Source of the DNA: a virus
Reading direction: 5' to 3' (one strand)
DNA: 54,337 nt
IMG/VR virus record: IMGVR_UViG_3300045988_066153
Span: 1-54,337 of that record
Below are positions 25,668 to 34,205 of this stretch, in pieces; positions within the stretch are counted from its first letter, which is position 1, and each line of letters starts with the position of its first letter. The notes under the pieces were generated by a model that saw only the letters and a list, made by a program, of their open reading frames with translations, ran no database searches and had not been told where the DNA came from. A program made the translations under genes and the position numbers.

Positions 25668-27872
25668 ATGGCGTACCAGATTAATTTGACAGGACAGGAG
25701 ATTGACGAGCGGCTCCAAAACATAGGCACTGCCGAGGATGTGGCGGCGGCTGACGGAACACTCTACGCTCGTATCAGCAAGAATGCTGACGACGTTGATG
25801 AGCTGAGAGATACAGTGGGTCACATAGATTCCGCCCAGACGGCGACCGACAAGACGGTGACGCAGCACACGGCGGACATCAACACGTTGCAGACGGCTGT
25901 GGGCGATGTGAAAAAGGATGTGGAGAAGAATGCCAAGGCGATTAGCGAGAACACGACCACGCTTACAGAACACGATGCAAGGCTCTCGGATGTGGAGGGT
26001 TTGGTGCATCGCGGACTGCCTGTCTATGGCGTGGAGTGGGATGTGAATCAGACATCTCCAGATGTGAAGCGAATCGGCATTCCCGAACTGCATCGCACGC
26101 TGCCCTGTCATCAGTTGCGTGGCTGTCTGCTTGCCGACAACGGAACAGTGAACGAATATCTTCCGCAAGATGATTGGACTTCTGCCACACGTGACGGATC
26201 CAAGGGGCAAGTGATGGTAGAAATACCAGAGATGTGGATGAAGTTTGAGATTGACGGCGATATGCGCAGAGTGTTGCTCTCGCCTGTGGCAATCGGAGGT
26301 TTCAAGCATTATCAGAAGCGTTACGTGTCGGCTTACGAGGCGACTGTGCAGCGAAGCACGAACAAGCTTGCGAGCGTGGTCAATACTACGGAGGATTATC
26401 GTGGAGGACGCAACGATGCAAGTCTTGATGATACAGCATACACCTTGCTCGGGAAGCCTGCGGGGGGTTACATTAAAAGCACATACCGTATTTACGCACG
26501 CAACCGCTTCCCGAGTGTTGCGTGGAATATGTATGTCTACGATGTGCACTGCCAACTGACGTGGCTGTTCGTGGTTGAGTATGCTACACTCAACTCTCAG
26601 AAGACTTACAACGCCTCTCTTACTGTCGATGGATTCCATCAAGGCGGATTGGGGAGTGGGGCGACAAATATGACACACGCGGAGCAAGTAGAATTCCAAT
26701 ATAGCCCTGTGGTAGCGTGCGGATATACAGATAGCTTTGGCAACAACACAGGTGTGAAGGATGTATCTGTAGCCTTATCAAGCGGTGATAAAACATTTTC
26801 TGTATGTAGGTATAGAGGGGTGGAAAATATAATCGGTAACCTGTCAGCCCTCGTGGACGGTCTTTGGCTACAAACAAACGGAGCGACTATCGTTAAGACA
26901 GAGGCGGTTACGTTCTCATCAACAATGCCTTCTTATTCCAAACCAACTTGTTGGCGAACCATGAATTCTGGCTATATCCGCAATATCGATGATTCTGCTT
27001 TCATTAATGGGTGGGCGATACCTAAAGCGATTGGGGGGAGCGACAAGACATACTATTGCGACTACAACGCTATTAATGCGGACACGGATGAGTTGTGTGC
27101 ATATTTTGGAGGAAGTGAAAATTCGTTTTCCAACGCAGGACTGTTCTTTTTTGGGACAATGTCATTGTTACGTACGGATTCGAGCATTGGTACTCGCCTC
27201 TGCTACCTACCGCAGGAGGATAACAGCGGCACACTCCGTGACCTGTACGTATCTGCTGGTGCGAAGTACAACGAGGCGACAGGCTACTATGAGTTGAACG
27301 GACTGACCGATATTACCGAGGAGGAGATGAGGGTGATATGGCAAGAAGATTTGAGTGGATGGTATCGGAAAGGAAGAACGAATCTTACGAGGTATATTAG
27401 TGTAAAAGGTAATACTGGAGGCTATAATGGAGGAATTGACATTGCCTGCATCTGTATTAATAACAAAAACTTGCAGGTGTTTAACTTAGGAGCAAATTGC
27501 TTTGCAAGATATATGGATTCTGCGTTCAGAGAATGCAGTAACTTAGAAACTATTGATACACGTTTTAGAGTAGTCCCTTATGATACAAGCCTTGGAATTA
27601 ATACTTTTAGGGGTTGTATTAAGCTCAAAGATGTCAGATTTAATAACCATTACCTTCGCATGAAGGCAACGCTTAATTTATATGATAGTCCCTTAATTTC
27701 TAAGGAGTCCGTATTGTCGGCAATTACTACAACTGATAATGCATCTGCAACCAGTGCTGGGTTCTTAACAATCACCCTCCACGCAGATGCCTACGCAAGA
27801 CTTAAGGATGATGCCGACATCATAGCGGCTCTTGAAGCAAAGAACGGAGTAGTAACATTAGTAAGTGCATAG
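25668..27872 (+). CDS. Tail fibre / receptor-binding protein with C-terminal BspA-type leucine-rich repeats
   Basis: The N-terminal MAYQINLTGQEIDERL plus heptad-rich region is typical of fibre shafts. The C-terminus has FRECSNLETID...FRGCIKLKDV LRR units. Confidence 0.7.
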   Translation: MAYQINLTGQEIDERLQNIGTAEDVAAADGTLYARISKNADDVDELRDTVGHIDSAQTATDKTVTQHTADINTLQTAVGDVKKDVEKNAKAISENTTTLTEHDARLSDVEGLVHRGLPVYGVEWDVNQTSPDVKRIGIPELHRTLPCHQLRGCLLADNGTVNEYLPQDDWTSATRDGSKGQVMVEIPEMWMKFEIDGDMRRVLLSPVAIGGFKHYQKRYVSAYEATVQRSTNKLASVVNTTEDYRGGRNDASLDDTAYTLLGKPAGGYIKSTYRIYARNRFPSVAWNMYVYDVHCQLTWLFVVEYATLNSQKTYNASLTVDGFHQGGLGSGATNMTHAEQVEFQYSPVVACGYTDSFGNNTGVKDVSVALSSGDKTFSVCRYRGVENIIGNLSALVDGLWLQTNGATIVKTEAVTFSSTMPSYSKPTCWRTMNSGYIRNIDDSAFINGWAIPKAIGGSDKTYYCDYNAINADTDELCAYFGGSENSFSNAGLFFFGTMSLLRTDSSIGTRLCYLPQEDNSGTLRDLYVSAGAKYNEATGYYELNGLTDITEEEMRVIWQEDLSGWYRKGRTNLTRYISVKGNTGGYNGGIDIACICINNKNLQVFNLGANCFARYMDSAFRECSNLETIDTRFRVVPYDTSLGINTFRGCIKLKDVRFNNHYLRMKATLNLYDSPLISKESVLSAITTTDNASATSAGFLTITLHADAYARLKDDADIIAALEAKNGVVTLVSA

Positions 27873-27876
27873 AATT

Positions 27877-28251
27877 ATGATACAGAAACAAAACAACGAG
27901 ATTTTTAGCACGGAAGGAAAGTACGTGCATATCGTAGGAACAGACAGTTATTTCAAACGTGGACTTGCTATTGGTCTGTCAGTAGAGCAGTGCGAGGAAG
28001 TGGATGAGATACCGCAGACCATCAACACTAAAGCATACGAGGACAAGGTAGACAGCCTTATCCGCAACCGCTACTCGCTCAGCGAAGAACTCGGCATACT
28101 GCGACAGAAAGACGTGAAGAAAGCGGAATATGACGCTTATTTCGCTTACTGCGAGCAGTGCAAGTCTGAAGCCAAAGAATGGCTCAGAGAACATCCGAAC
28201 GGCGATTTGCCGCCATTGCCGCAAGTGGAAGAAGTGACGGACTATCTTTAG
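27877..28251 (+). CDS. Hypothetical protein (fibre-associated?)
   Basis: The track ORF starts at GTG 27865. ATG 27877 lies 5 nt after the fibre gene stop. Confidence 0.45.
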   Translation: MIQKQNNEIFSTEGKYVHIVGTDSYFKRGLAIGLSVEQCEEVDEIPQTINTKAYEDKVDSLIRNRYSLSEELGILRQKDVKKAEYDAYFAYCEQCKSEAKEWLREHPNGDLPPLPQVEEVTDYL

Positions 28252-28296
28252 GAAACAACTGACGATGTTGTGGAATTTGGGCAATAAAAAAAGGCA

Positions 28297-28394
28297 GCAA
28301 GGGCGAAGCCCCCACCGCCTATTATAGTTTCGCAAGGGCGAAGCCCCCACCGCCTATTATAGTTTCGCAAGGGCGAAGCCCCCACCGCCTATTA
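28297..28394. repeat. 2.8 copies of an exact 35-bp tandem repeat upstream of the holin gene
   Basis: GCAAGGGCGAAGCCCCCACCGCCTATTATAGTTTC is found at 28297-28331, 28332-28366 and (first 28 nt) 28367-28394. Each unit contains the hairpin GGGC-GAA-GCCC. Confidence 0.9.
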
Positions 28395-28447
28395 CACAAC
28401 AAAGATAGAAAACAATATTGAAAACCACAAAATGAAACAGAAAAAAA

Positions 28448-28936
28448 ATGACAGGAACGGCAGTTAACAATAGCCTACGCATAGGCACGGCAAGTATGGG
28501 AGTATTCCTCGGAGAAATCAGCACATTGCTGTGGGATATGCGGTGGCTGATGCTCCTCGCTGGAGTGCTGATTATCGTAGACTTGTGGCTTGGAGTGCAT
28601 AAGAGCATCGCCAACAACGTTGACATCCGAGCGAGCCGCGCGCTGAGGCGAACAATGATGAAGATAGCCGACTACCTTTGTATCGTGATACTCGGTGCGG
28701 TGGTAGGCAAGGCACTCGGAGAACCGCTCGGATGCTCCGCTATCGTAATCGCCGTGGTGCTTATGTCGATAGCGTGCTTGTGCGAGCTTGACAGCATCAT
28801 CAGCAACTGGGGCGAAATCAAAGGAGTCAAGATAAACGTCTTCAAAATAGTTCTCGGACTTGTAGGCTACAAGCGCAAGGAACTTGGAGAAGCACTGAAA
28901 GGAACAATCACAATCACTAAAAAAAGGAAGAAATGA
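28448..28936 (+). CDS. Holin
   Basis: Three or four hydrophobic helices, a CELDSIISNW motif (holin family 4_1-like E..S..EN) and a charged C-terminus. It lies immediately upstream of the endolysin. Confidence 0.7.
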   Translation: MTGTAVNNSLRIGTASMGVFLGEISTLLWDMRWLMLLAGVLIIVDLWLGVHKSIANNVDIRASRALRRTMMKIADYLCIVILGAVVGKALGEPLGCSAIVIAVVLMSIACLCELDSIISNWGEIKGVKINVFKIVLGLVGYKRKELGEALKGTITITKKRKK

Positions 28937-29379
28937 AATATTTTACGTTGAAAGAACTGACACGGAGCGACACCGCCACAAAGAATAAGATAGACAACAC
29001 GCCGACCGACAATGCGGTGAAGAACTTGACTGCACTTGTAGACAAGGTGCTCGACCCTTTGCGTGAGATGTACGGCAAGCCGATATACATCTCCAGCGGC
29101 TACCGCTGTCCACGGCTGAACAAGGCTGTCGGAGGTGTCGCTGGCTCACAGCACAAGACAGGACAGGCAGCCGACATTCAGCAAGTGAAAAAGATTATAC
29201 AGAATGGCGAAGAGGTGACAGTCGTAGACCACGAAGCCAACCGATGCGTCTTCAAGCTGATTGAGGAGAATCTTGACTTCGATCAACTGCTGTGGGAAAA
29301 CGGCGGTCGGTGGGTACACGTCAGTTTCCGCGCTGACGGCAAGAACCGAAGGCAGGTGAAACGATTATGGAAGAAATGA
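28933..29379 (+). CDS. Endolysin, peptidase M15 (zinc D-Ala-D-Ala carboxypeptidase-like)
   Basis: SGYRCPRLNKAVGGVAGSQHKTGQAADI (H-x6-D) and a distal WVHVS histidine. Confidence 0.8.
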   Translation: MKYFTLKELTRSDTATKNKIDNTPTDNAVKNLTALVDKVLDPLREMYGKPIYISSGYRCPRLNKAVGGVAGSQHKTGQAADIQQVKKIIQNGEEVTVVDHEANRCVFKLIEENLDFDQLLWENGGRWVHVSFRADGKNRRQVKRLWKK

Positions 29380-29480
29380 TTTATTAACCAGACAACGGAA
29401 CGCGCTCTTTGACATTCGGAATCACCGCATTTTTTTGAAAAATAATCGGCGAAAAACTTGCACATTTATAACATTATCGT

Positions 29481-29488
29481 TATATTTG
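29481..29488 (+). promoter_or_regulatory. Bacteroides-type -7 box (TATATTTG) for hicA
   Basis: TAnnTTTG match 27 nt upstream of ATG 29515, with CTTG about 21 nt further upstream. Confidence 0.45.
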
Positions 29489-29514
29489 CATTGTTTTTAA
29501 AGCGCATTGAAATT

Positions 29515-29700
29515 ATGAAGTACAAGCAACTAATTGCGGAACTTACCGCATTGGGATGCTACGTTGTGAGGCACGGAGCCAACCACGACATTTGGTTCAG
29601 TCCAAAAACAGGTTGTCGATGTGCAGTCCCAAGACACGGCTCGAAGGAAGTGCCGAAAGGGACGGAACGCAGCATCAGAAGGGTTTTAATGGGGGAGTAA
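29515..29700 (+). CDS. hicA: HicA-family mRNA interferase toxin
   Basis: MKYKQLIAELTALGCYVVRHGANHDIWFSPKTGCRCAVPRHGSKEVPKGTERSIRRVL follows the HicA pattern (G..H....VP.H..e.pkGT..sI.k). Confidence 0.8.
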   Translation: MKYKQLIAELTALGCYVVRHGANHDIWFSPKTGCRCAVPRHGSKEVPKGTERSIRRVLMGE

Positions 29701-29745
29701 TCCCCCCAACCCTTTTGTATTTTATAAATCAAGGCTTGAAAACAG

Positions 29746-29771
29746 AATGGGGGATTTCCATATCCCCCATT
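29746..29771. promoter_or_regulatory. Perfect 10-bp inverted repeat between hicA and hicB
   Basis: AATGGGGGAT-ttccat-ATCCCCCATT. A second hairpin, GGGGGA-gtaa-TCCCCC at 29691-29706, overlaps the hicA stop codon. Confidence 0.5.
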
Positions 29772-29789
29772 TATTAAATTCTGAAGACG

Positions 29790-30194
29790 ATGAAGAAACG
29801 AGTAACGGTAATTGTAGAACGTGGCAAGGATGGCTATTATTCTTGCTTTGTAGAAGACGAGCTTCCTGGCTGCGGGCTTATGGGTTATGGCAACACAGTG
29901 AATGAAGCAAAGTCAGATTTGCAGGTCGGCTATTATGAAACAAATGGGTTTAAAGCCGAAAACGGAGAAGAGCTGTTGCCTGAATTGACGTATGTATACA
30001 AATACGATATGCAACCATTCTTCGAACAATTTCCATGGATTAACGTGACGAAAGTGGCGGAAATAGCGGGCATCAATCCGTCGCTGATGCGGCAGTATGC
30101 AGCAGGGATAACGATGGTTGGACAAAAACAATATGACAAAATACGCAGGGCGCTGCATAAACTTTCCGTGGAGTTCGCAGAAGCCACGATGTGA
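29790..30194 (+). CDS. hicB: HicB-family antitoxin with C-terminal HTH
   Basis: VIVERGKDGYYSCFVEDELPGCGLMGYGNTVNEAKSDL is a HicB N-domain. The C-terminal VTKVAEIAGINPSLMRQYAAG is an HTH. Confidence 0.75.
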   Translation: MKKRVTVIVERGKDGYYSCFVEDELPGCGLMGYGNTVNEAKSDLQVGYYETNGFKAENGEELLPELTYVYKYDMQPFFEQFPWINVTKVAEIAGINPSLMRQYAAGITMVGQKQYDKIRRALHKLSVEFAEATM

Positions 30195-30236
30195 CGATAC
30201 ACTCCGTAATGGAGATGTGCTTAAAAACGCTGGGGC

Positions 30237-30270
30237 GGTGATTCCGAATGTCGGAGTCGCCGCTCCTTTT
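30237..30270 (+). terminator. Rho-independent terminator after hicB
   Basis: GGTGATTCCGA-atg-TCGGAGTCGCC (11 bp including GU pairs), followed by gctcCTTTTgt. Confidence 0.6.
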
Positions 30271-30290
30271 GTCATAAACGTTTTTGAGAT

Positions 30291-30719
30291 ATGAGAGATG
30301 ACGAGAAATGCAGATATGTCTGCGTGGTGATAGGCTGGGTGCTGATTGCCGTGCTTGCGGTGATGTGCCTCGGATGCAAGTCGGTGCAGTATGTACCTGT
30401 GGAGTCTGTGCGCACCGATACGTGCTACGTGAACAAGATACGCACCGATTCCGTGTATGTGCGCGACTCGGTGGTCGTGGAGCGCGGCGGTGACACAATC
30501 AAGGTGACTGCGTGGCGGTGGCGCGAGCGGTATGTTGTGCAGCGCGACACCATCTATCGGAGCAAGACGGACAGCATTGCCGTACCTTATCCTATGGAGC
30601 GCAAACTCTCTCGATGGGAAAAGACGAAACAGGACATCGGCGGCATAGCCATCGGTGCGTTCATCGCCGTTGTGTCAGCGGTCGTGATTTGGTTGGCGGT
30701 AAAGAAAATGAGGAGATGA
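30291..30719 (+). CDS. Candidate unimolecular spanin (N-terminal lipobox plus C-terminal TM anchor)
   Basis: LAVMCLGC-KS lipobox after a signal-like helix. The C-terminus IGGIAIGAFIAVVSAVVIWLAVKKMRR is a TM anchor. This is the same topology as T1 gp11-type u-spanins. Confidence 0.4.
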   Translation: MRDDEKCRYVCVVIGWVLIAVLAVMCLGCKSVQYVPVESVRTDTCYVNKIRTDSVYVRDSVVVERGGDTIKVTAWRWRERYVVQRDTIYRSKTDSIAVPYPMERKLSRWEKTKQDIGGIAIGAFIAVVSAVVIWLAVKKMRR

Positions 30720-30726
30720 AAAAAAG

Positions 30727-30855
30727 CCCCCGACATAAATAAAATATCACCACAACATCCTATTTAACACACACGTTCCGTGCGGTGTCGGGAGCCAATT
30801 ATGCCTGAATCGCACGGACGTTTTGTGTCTTGTAAAGATAAAGCGGATGTTGTGG
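30727..30855 (+). ncRNA. Structured intergenic leader with nested long-range helices
   Basis: CCACAACATCC 30750-30760 pairs with GGATGTTGTGG 30845-30855 (11 bp). CGTTCCGTGCG 30774-30784 pairs with CGCACGGACG 30811-30820, followed by TTTTGTG. CCCCCGACA 30727-30735 pairs with TGTCGGG 30786-30792 as a competing or pseudoknot pairing. Confidence 0.4.
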
Positions 30856-30890
30856 TTCGGCAAAGTTAGTAAATTAAATAGGGAAATCAA

Positions 30891-31196
30891 ATGAAAACAA
30901 TCGAAATCTTTGCCGAGGCTGTGAAATTCGCCTCAGAAGCATCCGACATTCCGAGCGACAGGATATTGTCGGAGAGCCGTGACGCTGACGTTGTGGACGC
31001 AAGAATGCTCGTTATTCAGACGCTTTACGACATCGGACTATATCCGCGGAGGATAGCCGAGATGTTCGGAATGACGCCATCAAACGTGCGCCATCTGCTG
31101 ACTGTGGACAACAGGAAAAAAACAAACAAAGTCTACGCAAACAACTTGCAAGCATTACGCAAGCACATAGCAAGCATCTTCTTTGACACCGAGTGA
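30891..31196 (+). CDS. DnaA-domain-IV-like HTH protein
   Basis: SESRDADVVDARMLVIQTLYDIGLYPRRIAEMFGMTPSNVRHLL follows the DnaA C-terminal pattern (R...v.AR.iamyl...l...s...Ig..fg.dHstV.h). Confidence 0.45.
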   Translation: MKTIEIFAEAVKFASEASDIPSDRILSESRDADVVDARMLVIQTLYDIGLYPRRIAEMFGMTPSNVRHLLTVDNRKKTNKVYANNLQALRKHIASIFFDTE

Positions 31197-31252
31197 TTCC
31201 GTGCGATATTTGCAGCACTGGCAATATTGCCAGCGTCTTAAAATCAATATTT

Positions 31253-32182
31253 ATGGAATCAAAAACTTATGTTTTCGGTGAGAACGGCAACAACGGGATG
31301 ATGTCGCTTCTTGCTCCGCTGATGCAGAAGAGCGGTCTCGATCCAAACTTGCTTCTCGCTATGAACCGCAACAACGGCGGCTTTGGCGGCGAGGGAGGTT
31401 GGTTCATGTGGGTAATCTTCCTGTTCTTCCTTATGGGTTGGGGAGGCAACGGCTGGGGTTTCGGTCGCAACAACGGCGGAGGCATAGCCAGCGAAATCAA
31501 CAACGATTACGGGCGCAGTCTTCTGATGGACGCAATCGGCGGAAACCGCAACGCATTGAGCAACCTCGCGACTCAGCTCAACTGCACCGAGGGTCAGATT
31601 CAGAGCGCAATCGCCGCTTTGACATCACAGGTGCAAAGCGTAGGCAACCAAGTCGGAATGTCGGGGATGCAGGTAATCAACGCGCTTCAGCAAGGGAATA
31701 TGCAGATTGCCCAGCAGATAGCCAACTGCTGCTGCGAGAACCGTCTCGCAACGTGTCAGCAGACGAACACCCTGCAAGGCGCAATCAACAACGTTTCCGT
31801 AGGACAGGAGCGCGGCTTCTCATCGGTGGCATACGAAACACAGCGTCAGACGTGCGACATTGAGAAATCCATCAAGGAGGCGACAGACAAGATTGTCGCT
31901 GGACAAGCGGCAGCGGAAATGCGCGAGATGCAGAACAAGATTGACATTCTCCGTGAAGAGAACGGAACGTTCAAGTCGTCGGCAATGACATCGCAGATTT
32001 TCGGCAGCGCAATCGCTCCTATCAATGCCGCTCTCGCCAGACTGCAGAGCGAGGTGGCAGGAATCAAATGCAAATTGCCCGAGACGGTAACCTTGAACTA
32101 TCCACAAGCAACCGCAGTCCCGAACTGTGTTGCAGCGCAGATGGGCTTGTACGGACTGAACGGCACTACCTTTTGGACGTAG
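31253..32182 (+). CDS. Hypothetical membrane-anchored Gly/Trp-rich coiled-coil protein
   Basis: GGFGGEGGWFMWVIFLFFLMGWGGNGWGFGRNNGGG is followed by Q/N-rich heptads and a CCC...C cluster. ATG 31253 is in frame within the 31193..32182 ORF. Confidence 0.5.
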   Translation: MESKTYVFGENGNNGMMSLLAPLMQKSGLDPNLLLAMNRNNGGFGGEGGWFMWVIFLFFLMGWGGNGWGFGRNNGGGIASEINNDYGRSLLMDAIGGNRNALSNLATQLNCTEGQIQSAIAALTSQVQSVGNQVGMSGMQVINALQQGNMQIAQQIANCCCENRLATCQQTNTLQGAINNVSVGQERGFSSVAYETQRQTCDIEKSIKEATDKIVAGQAAAEMREMQNKIDILREENGTFKSSAMTSQIFGSAIAPINAALARLQSEVAGIKCKLPETVTLNYPQATAVPNCVAAQMGLYGLNGTTFWT

Positions 32183-32195
32183 AAAGGAGGGCGCT

Positions 32196-32537
32196 ATGAC
32201 TTTCCGAGCATTTACATTCGTCAATAGGCGCGGCTCTGCCGCTATATCGACAACAGGCGTGAAAGTAAACACCGACAGCGTTGTGTTCACGTTCGCCAAC
32301 CACGCATTCGTCAACGCGTGGTATCGCGGCACTCTGTTCGTCGATTTGGTGCAAGCCGTTCCGACAGGCACGACAGGCACACTGCCTGTCCTCTTCGAGA
32401 CAAACGGAGTGACAAAAGCCGTCACTAAATTCAACGGCGATGCACTGACTGCCGCCGACATTCCAGGAACTGGAGTGGTGCAGTTATGGTTCGACCGCCA
32501 AACCGACACCTTGCAATTGATGTCGGGAATTGTTTAA
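32196..32537 (+). CDS. Hypothetical beta-rich protein
   Basis: 113-aa ORF rich in T, V and F. Confidence 0.5.
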   Translation: MTFRAFTFVNRRGSAAISTTGVKVNTDSVVFTFANHAFVNAWYRGTLFVDLVQAVPTGTTGTLPVLFETNGVTKAVTKFNGDALTAADIPGTGVVQLWFDRQTDTLQLMSGIV

Positions 32538-32557
32538 CACAAAAAAAAGCAACAGAT

Positions 32558-33082
32558 ATGTTCAGTGGACTAAGACAGAACGCATTGATATACATCCTCG
32601 AGAAAGGGGAAACCCCGACATTGAAAGTCGGACAAGTGGTATCGGTAAGCAATCCGACACCGAGGTACGCACAACCGACAAATCCATATTCGGCATTCCC
32701 GCAGAACGTGGAGCAAGTGGTCGACATCTCGGTGAAGACCGACGACGGAACGGCGGTTGACTTCAAGCAGCTTCCCGCCTCGCTCGCCATAGCCAACCAA
32801 GGAAGTGTTGTCGTTGCAGACAACAAGGAAGCAATGACATCGGAGGTGGAAGCGATGCTCAGAACGTCGCGCAGCGTTGTCGAGAGCGTGGAGTATCACA
32901 AGCGAGTTATCGGAGCGTGCGACACTATGTTGCAGACTCTCAACCCTCAATTCGCCAAGGAGCGCGAGCAAGAGCAGAAAATAGGCTTGCTCGAGGAGAA
33001 GGTCACAGGAATGGAGGGAACATTGTCGGACATACGTTCGATGCTGTCCAAGGCACTGAACACGTCTGGTGCGAAAAAATAA
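32558..33082 (+). CDS. Hypothetical protein with C-terminal coiled coil
   Basis: ATG 32558 is in frame within the 32486..33082 ORF. Confidence 0.5.
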   Translation: MFSGLRQNALIYILEKGETPTLKVGQVVSVSNPTPRYAQPTNPYSAFPQNVEQVVDISVKTDDGTAVDFKQLPASLAIANQGSVVVADNKEAMTSEVEAMLRTSRSVVESVEYHKRVIGACDTMLQTLNPQFAKEREQEQKIGLLEEKVTGMEGTLSDIRSMLSKALNTSGAKK

Positions 33083-33097
33083 AAAACTGAAACGACT

Positions 33098-33337
33098 ATG
33101 GGATATATAATTGAAATCACTGAAGACAAGCTGGGAACGCTTGCCGAGAACGCGGAGAAGATGCTCCGCTATGGTGGAAAGGTTATGCAGTGCATAGATG
33201 ATTTGCACCGCGGAAGCGGACGGATGGGCGAACGTCACTACGACGACTACCGCACCATGGGCGACGACCGCGAGAAGTGGAACGATGATGATGACCGCGA
33301 CCGCTACGGAGAACGCGGCTATCGTCGCAGATATTAG
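33098..33337 (+). CDS. Hypothetical protein with a highly charged D/R-rich tail
   Basis: 79 aa ending in DDYRTMGDDREKWNDDDDRDRYGERGYRRRY. Confidence 0.45.
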   Translation: MGYIIEITEDKLGTLAENAEKMLRYGGKVMQCIDDLHRGSGRMGERHYDDYRTMGDDREKWNDDDDRDRYGERGYRRRY

Positions 33338-33345
33338 AGAGCGCT

Positions 33346-33750
33346 ATGAAACATCGTGAGCCTCTTGACTTGTACGACACGAAGCCGCACGGAATGTCCG
33401 AATACCTCAGACACAACGGGTGGCACTTCAACCGCCGTATGTGCGAGTTCGCCGTATCGCTTATGCGCAAGGACGGCAAGCGCATCGATCCGTGGCGAAA
33501 GGAAGATGTCGACGAGTTGCTGAAGTCCGCATCGGTGCAGATTGACTGCACAGACCACGACTATGTGTATGTGGCGAATATGGCAAAGGCTGACTTCCTC
33601 GGCGGATGTCTTGCAGACAACACCGCTGTAGCGAAGTATGTGAGTGATGTTTTGGGCGATGAAGACCAAGCCGACGGCTTTATTTTCAACCGCTTTTATG
33701 CTGACTGCGCGCGCAACGGGGTTGGCATTCCGTGGGAGGATGTATTGTGA
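33346..33750 (+). CDS. Hypothetical protein
   Basis: 134-aa ORF. Confidence 0.5.
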   Translation: MKHREPLDLYDTKPHGMSEYLRHNGWHFNRRMCEFAVSLMRKDGKRIDPWRKEDVDELLKSASVQIDCTDHDYVYVANMAKADFLGGCLADNTAVAKYVSDVLGDEDQADGFIFNRFYADCARNGVGIPWEDVL

Positions 33751-34205
33751 TACGGCTTACGCTTGACATAGTGGGTTATGGGTGGACGGCGGAGGTGTTT
33801 CTTGCCGTCCATTCTTTTGACGCAGATGCGGTTCTCGCCTGTCTGCGTGCGGTAGACTGCGACGATGAGTATTTTATCAAGGCGGAAGAAAACTTGCGTC
33901 AAAACCGCTTAAACCGAGGTCTGACGTACAGCAACATCGCCTTACGGAGGTCAGTGATGGTTGTCGGCGCTGCTTCGTCCGCGTCGGAGTGTGCAAATTC
34001 GCTCGTCCACGAACTGCACCACCTTGTAGCGCACATCTGCGAAGGCTCCAACGTGGACTTGTCAAGCGAAGAAGCTTGCTATCTCGCTGGCGGTCTTGCC
34101 CAGTTGATACATAATGATGCCGCGCCGCTCCTGTGCGATTGTTGCAGAAAGAAGAAAGGGAAACATTATGAAGAACGACATCATCAAGACGCGGAAAAAG
34201 AATAG
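33747..34205 (+). CDS. Putative HExxH zinc metallopeptidase-like protein
   Basis: Contains NSLVHELHHLVAHI (HELHH). GTG 33747 overlaps the previous stop (GTGA). The track begins at GTG 33732. Confidence 0.4.
   Translation: MIRLTLDIVGYGWTAEVFLAVHSFDADAVLACLRAVDCDDEYFIKAEENLRQNRLNRGLTYSNIALRRSVMVVGAASSASECANSLVHELHHLVAHICEGSNVDLSSEEACYLAGGLAQLIHNDAAPLLCDCCRKKKGKHYEERHHQDAEKE

Noticed and set aside
25572-26699. 375-aa ORF on the minus strand
   Set aside because: It is entirely antisense to the tail-fibre gene (25668-27872), which has a sensible fibre-like N-terminus and operon context. The antisense product is Arg/Cys/His-rich, with a composition typical of shadow ORFs.
21088-27872. Diversity-generating retroelement targeting the hub or fibre genes
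   Set aside because: No reverse-transcriptase ORF exists anywhere in the window, and I found no template/variable repeat pair near the fibre C-terminus.
28297-28394. CRISPR array
   Set aside because: The 35-bp units are directly adjacent with no spacers, there are only 2.8 copies, and no cas genes are present.
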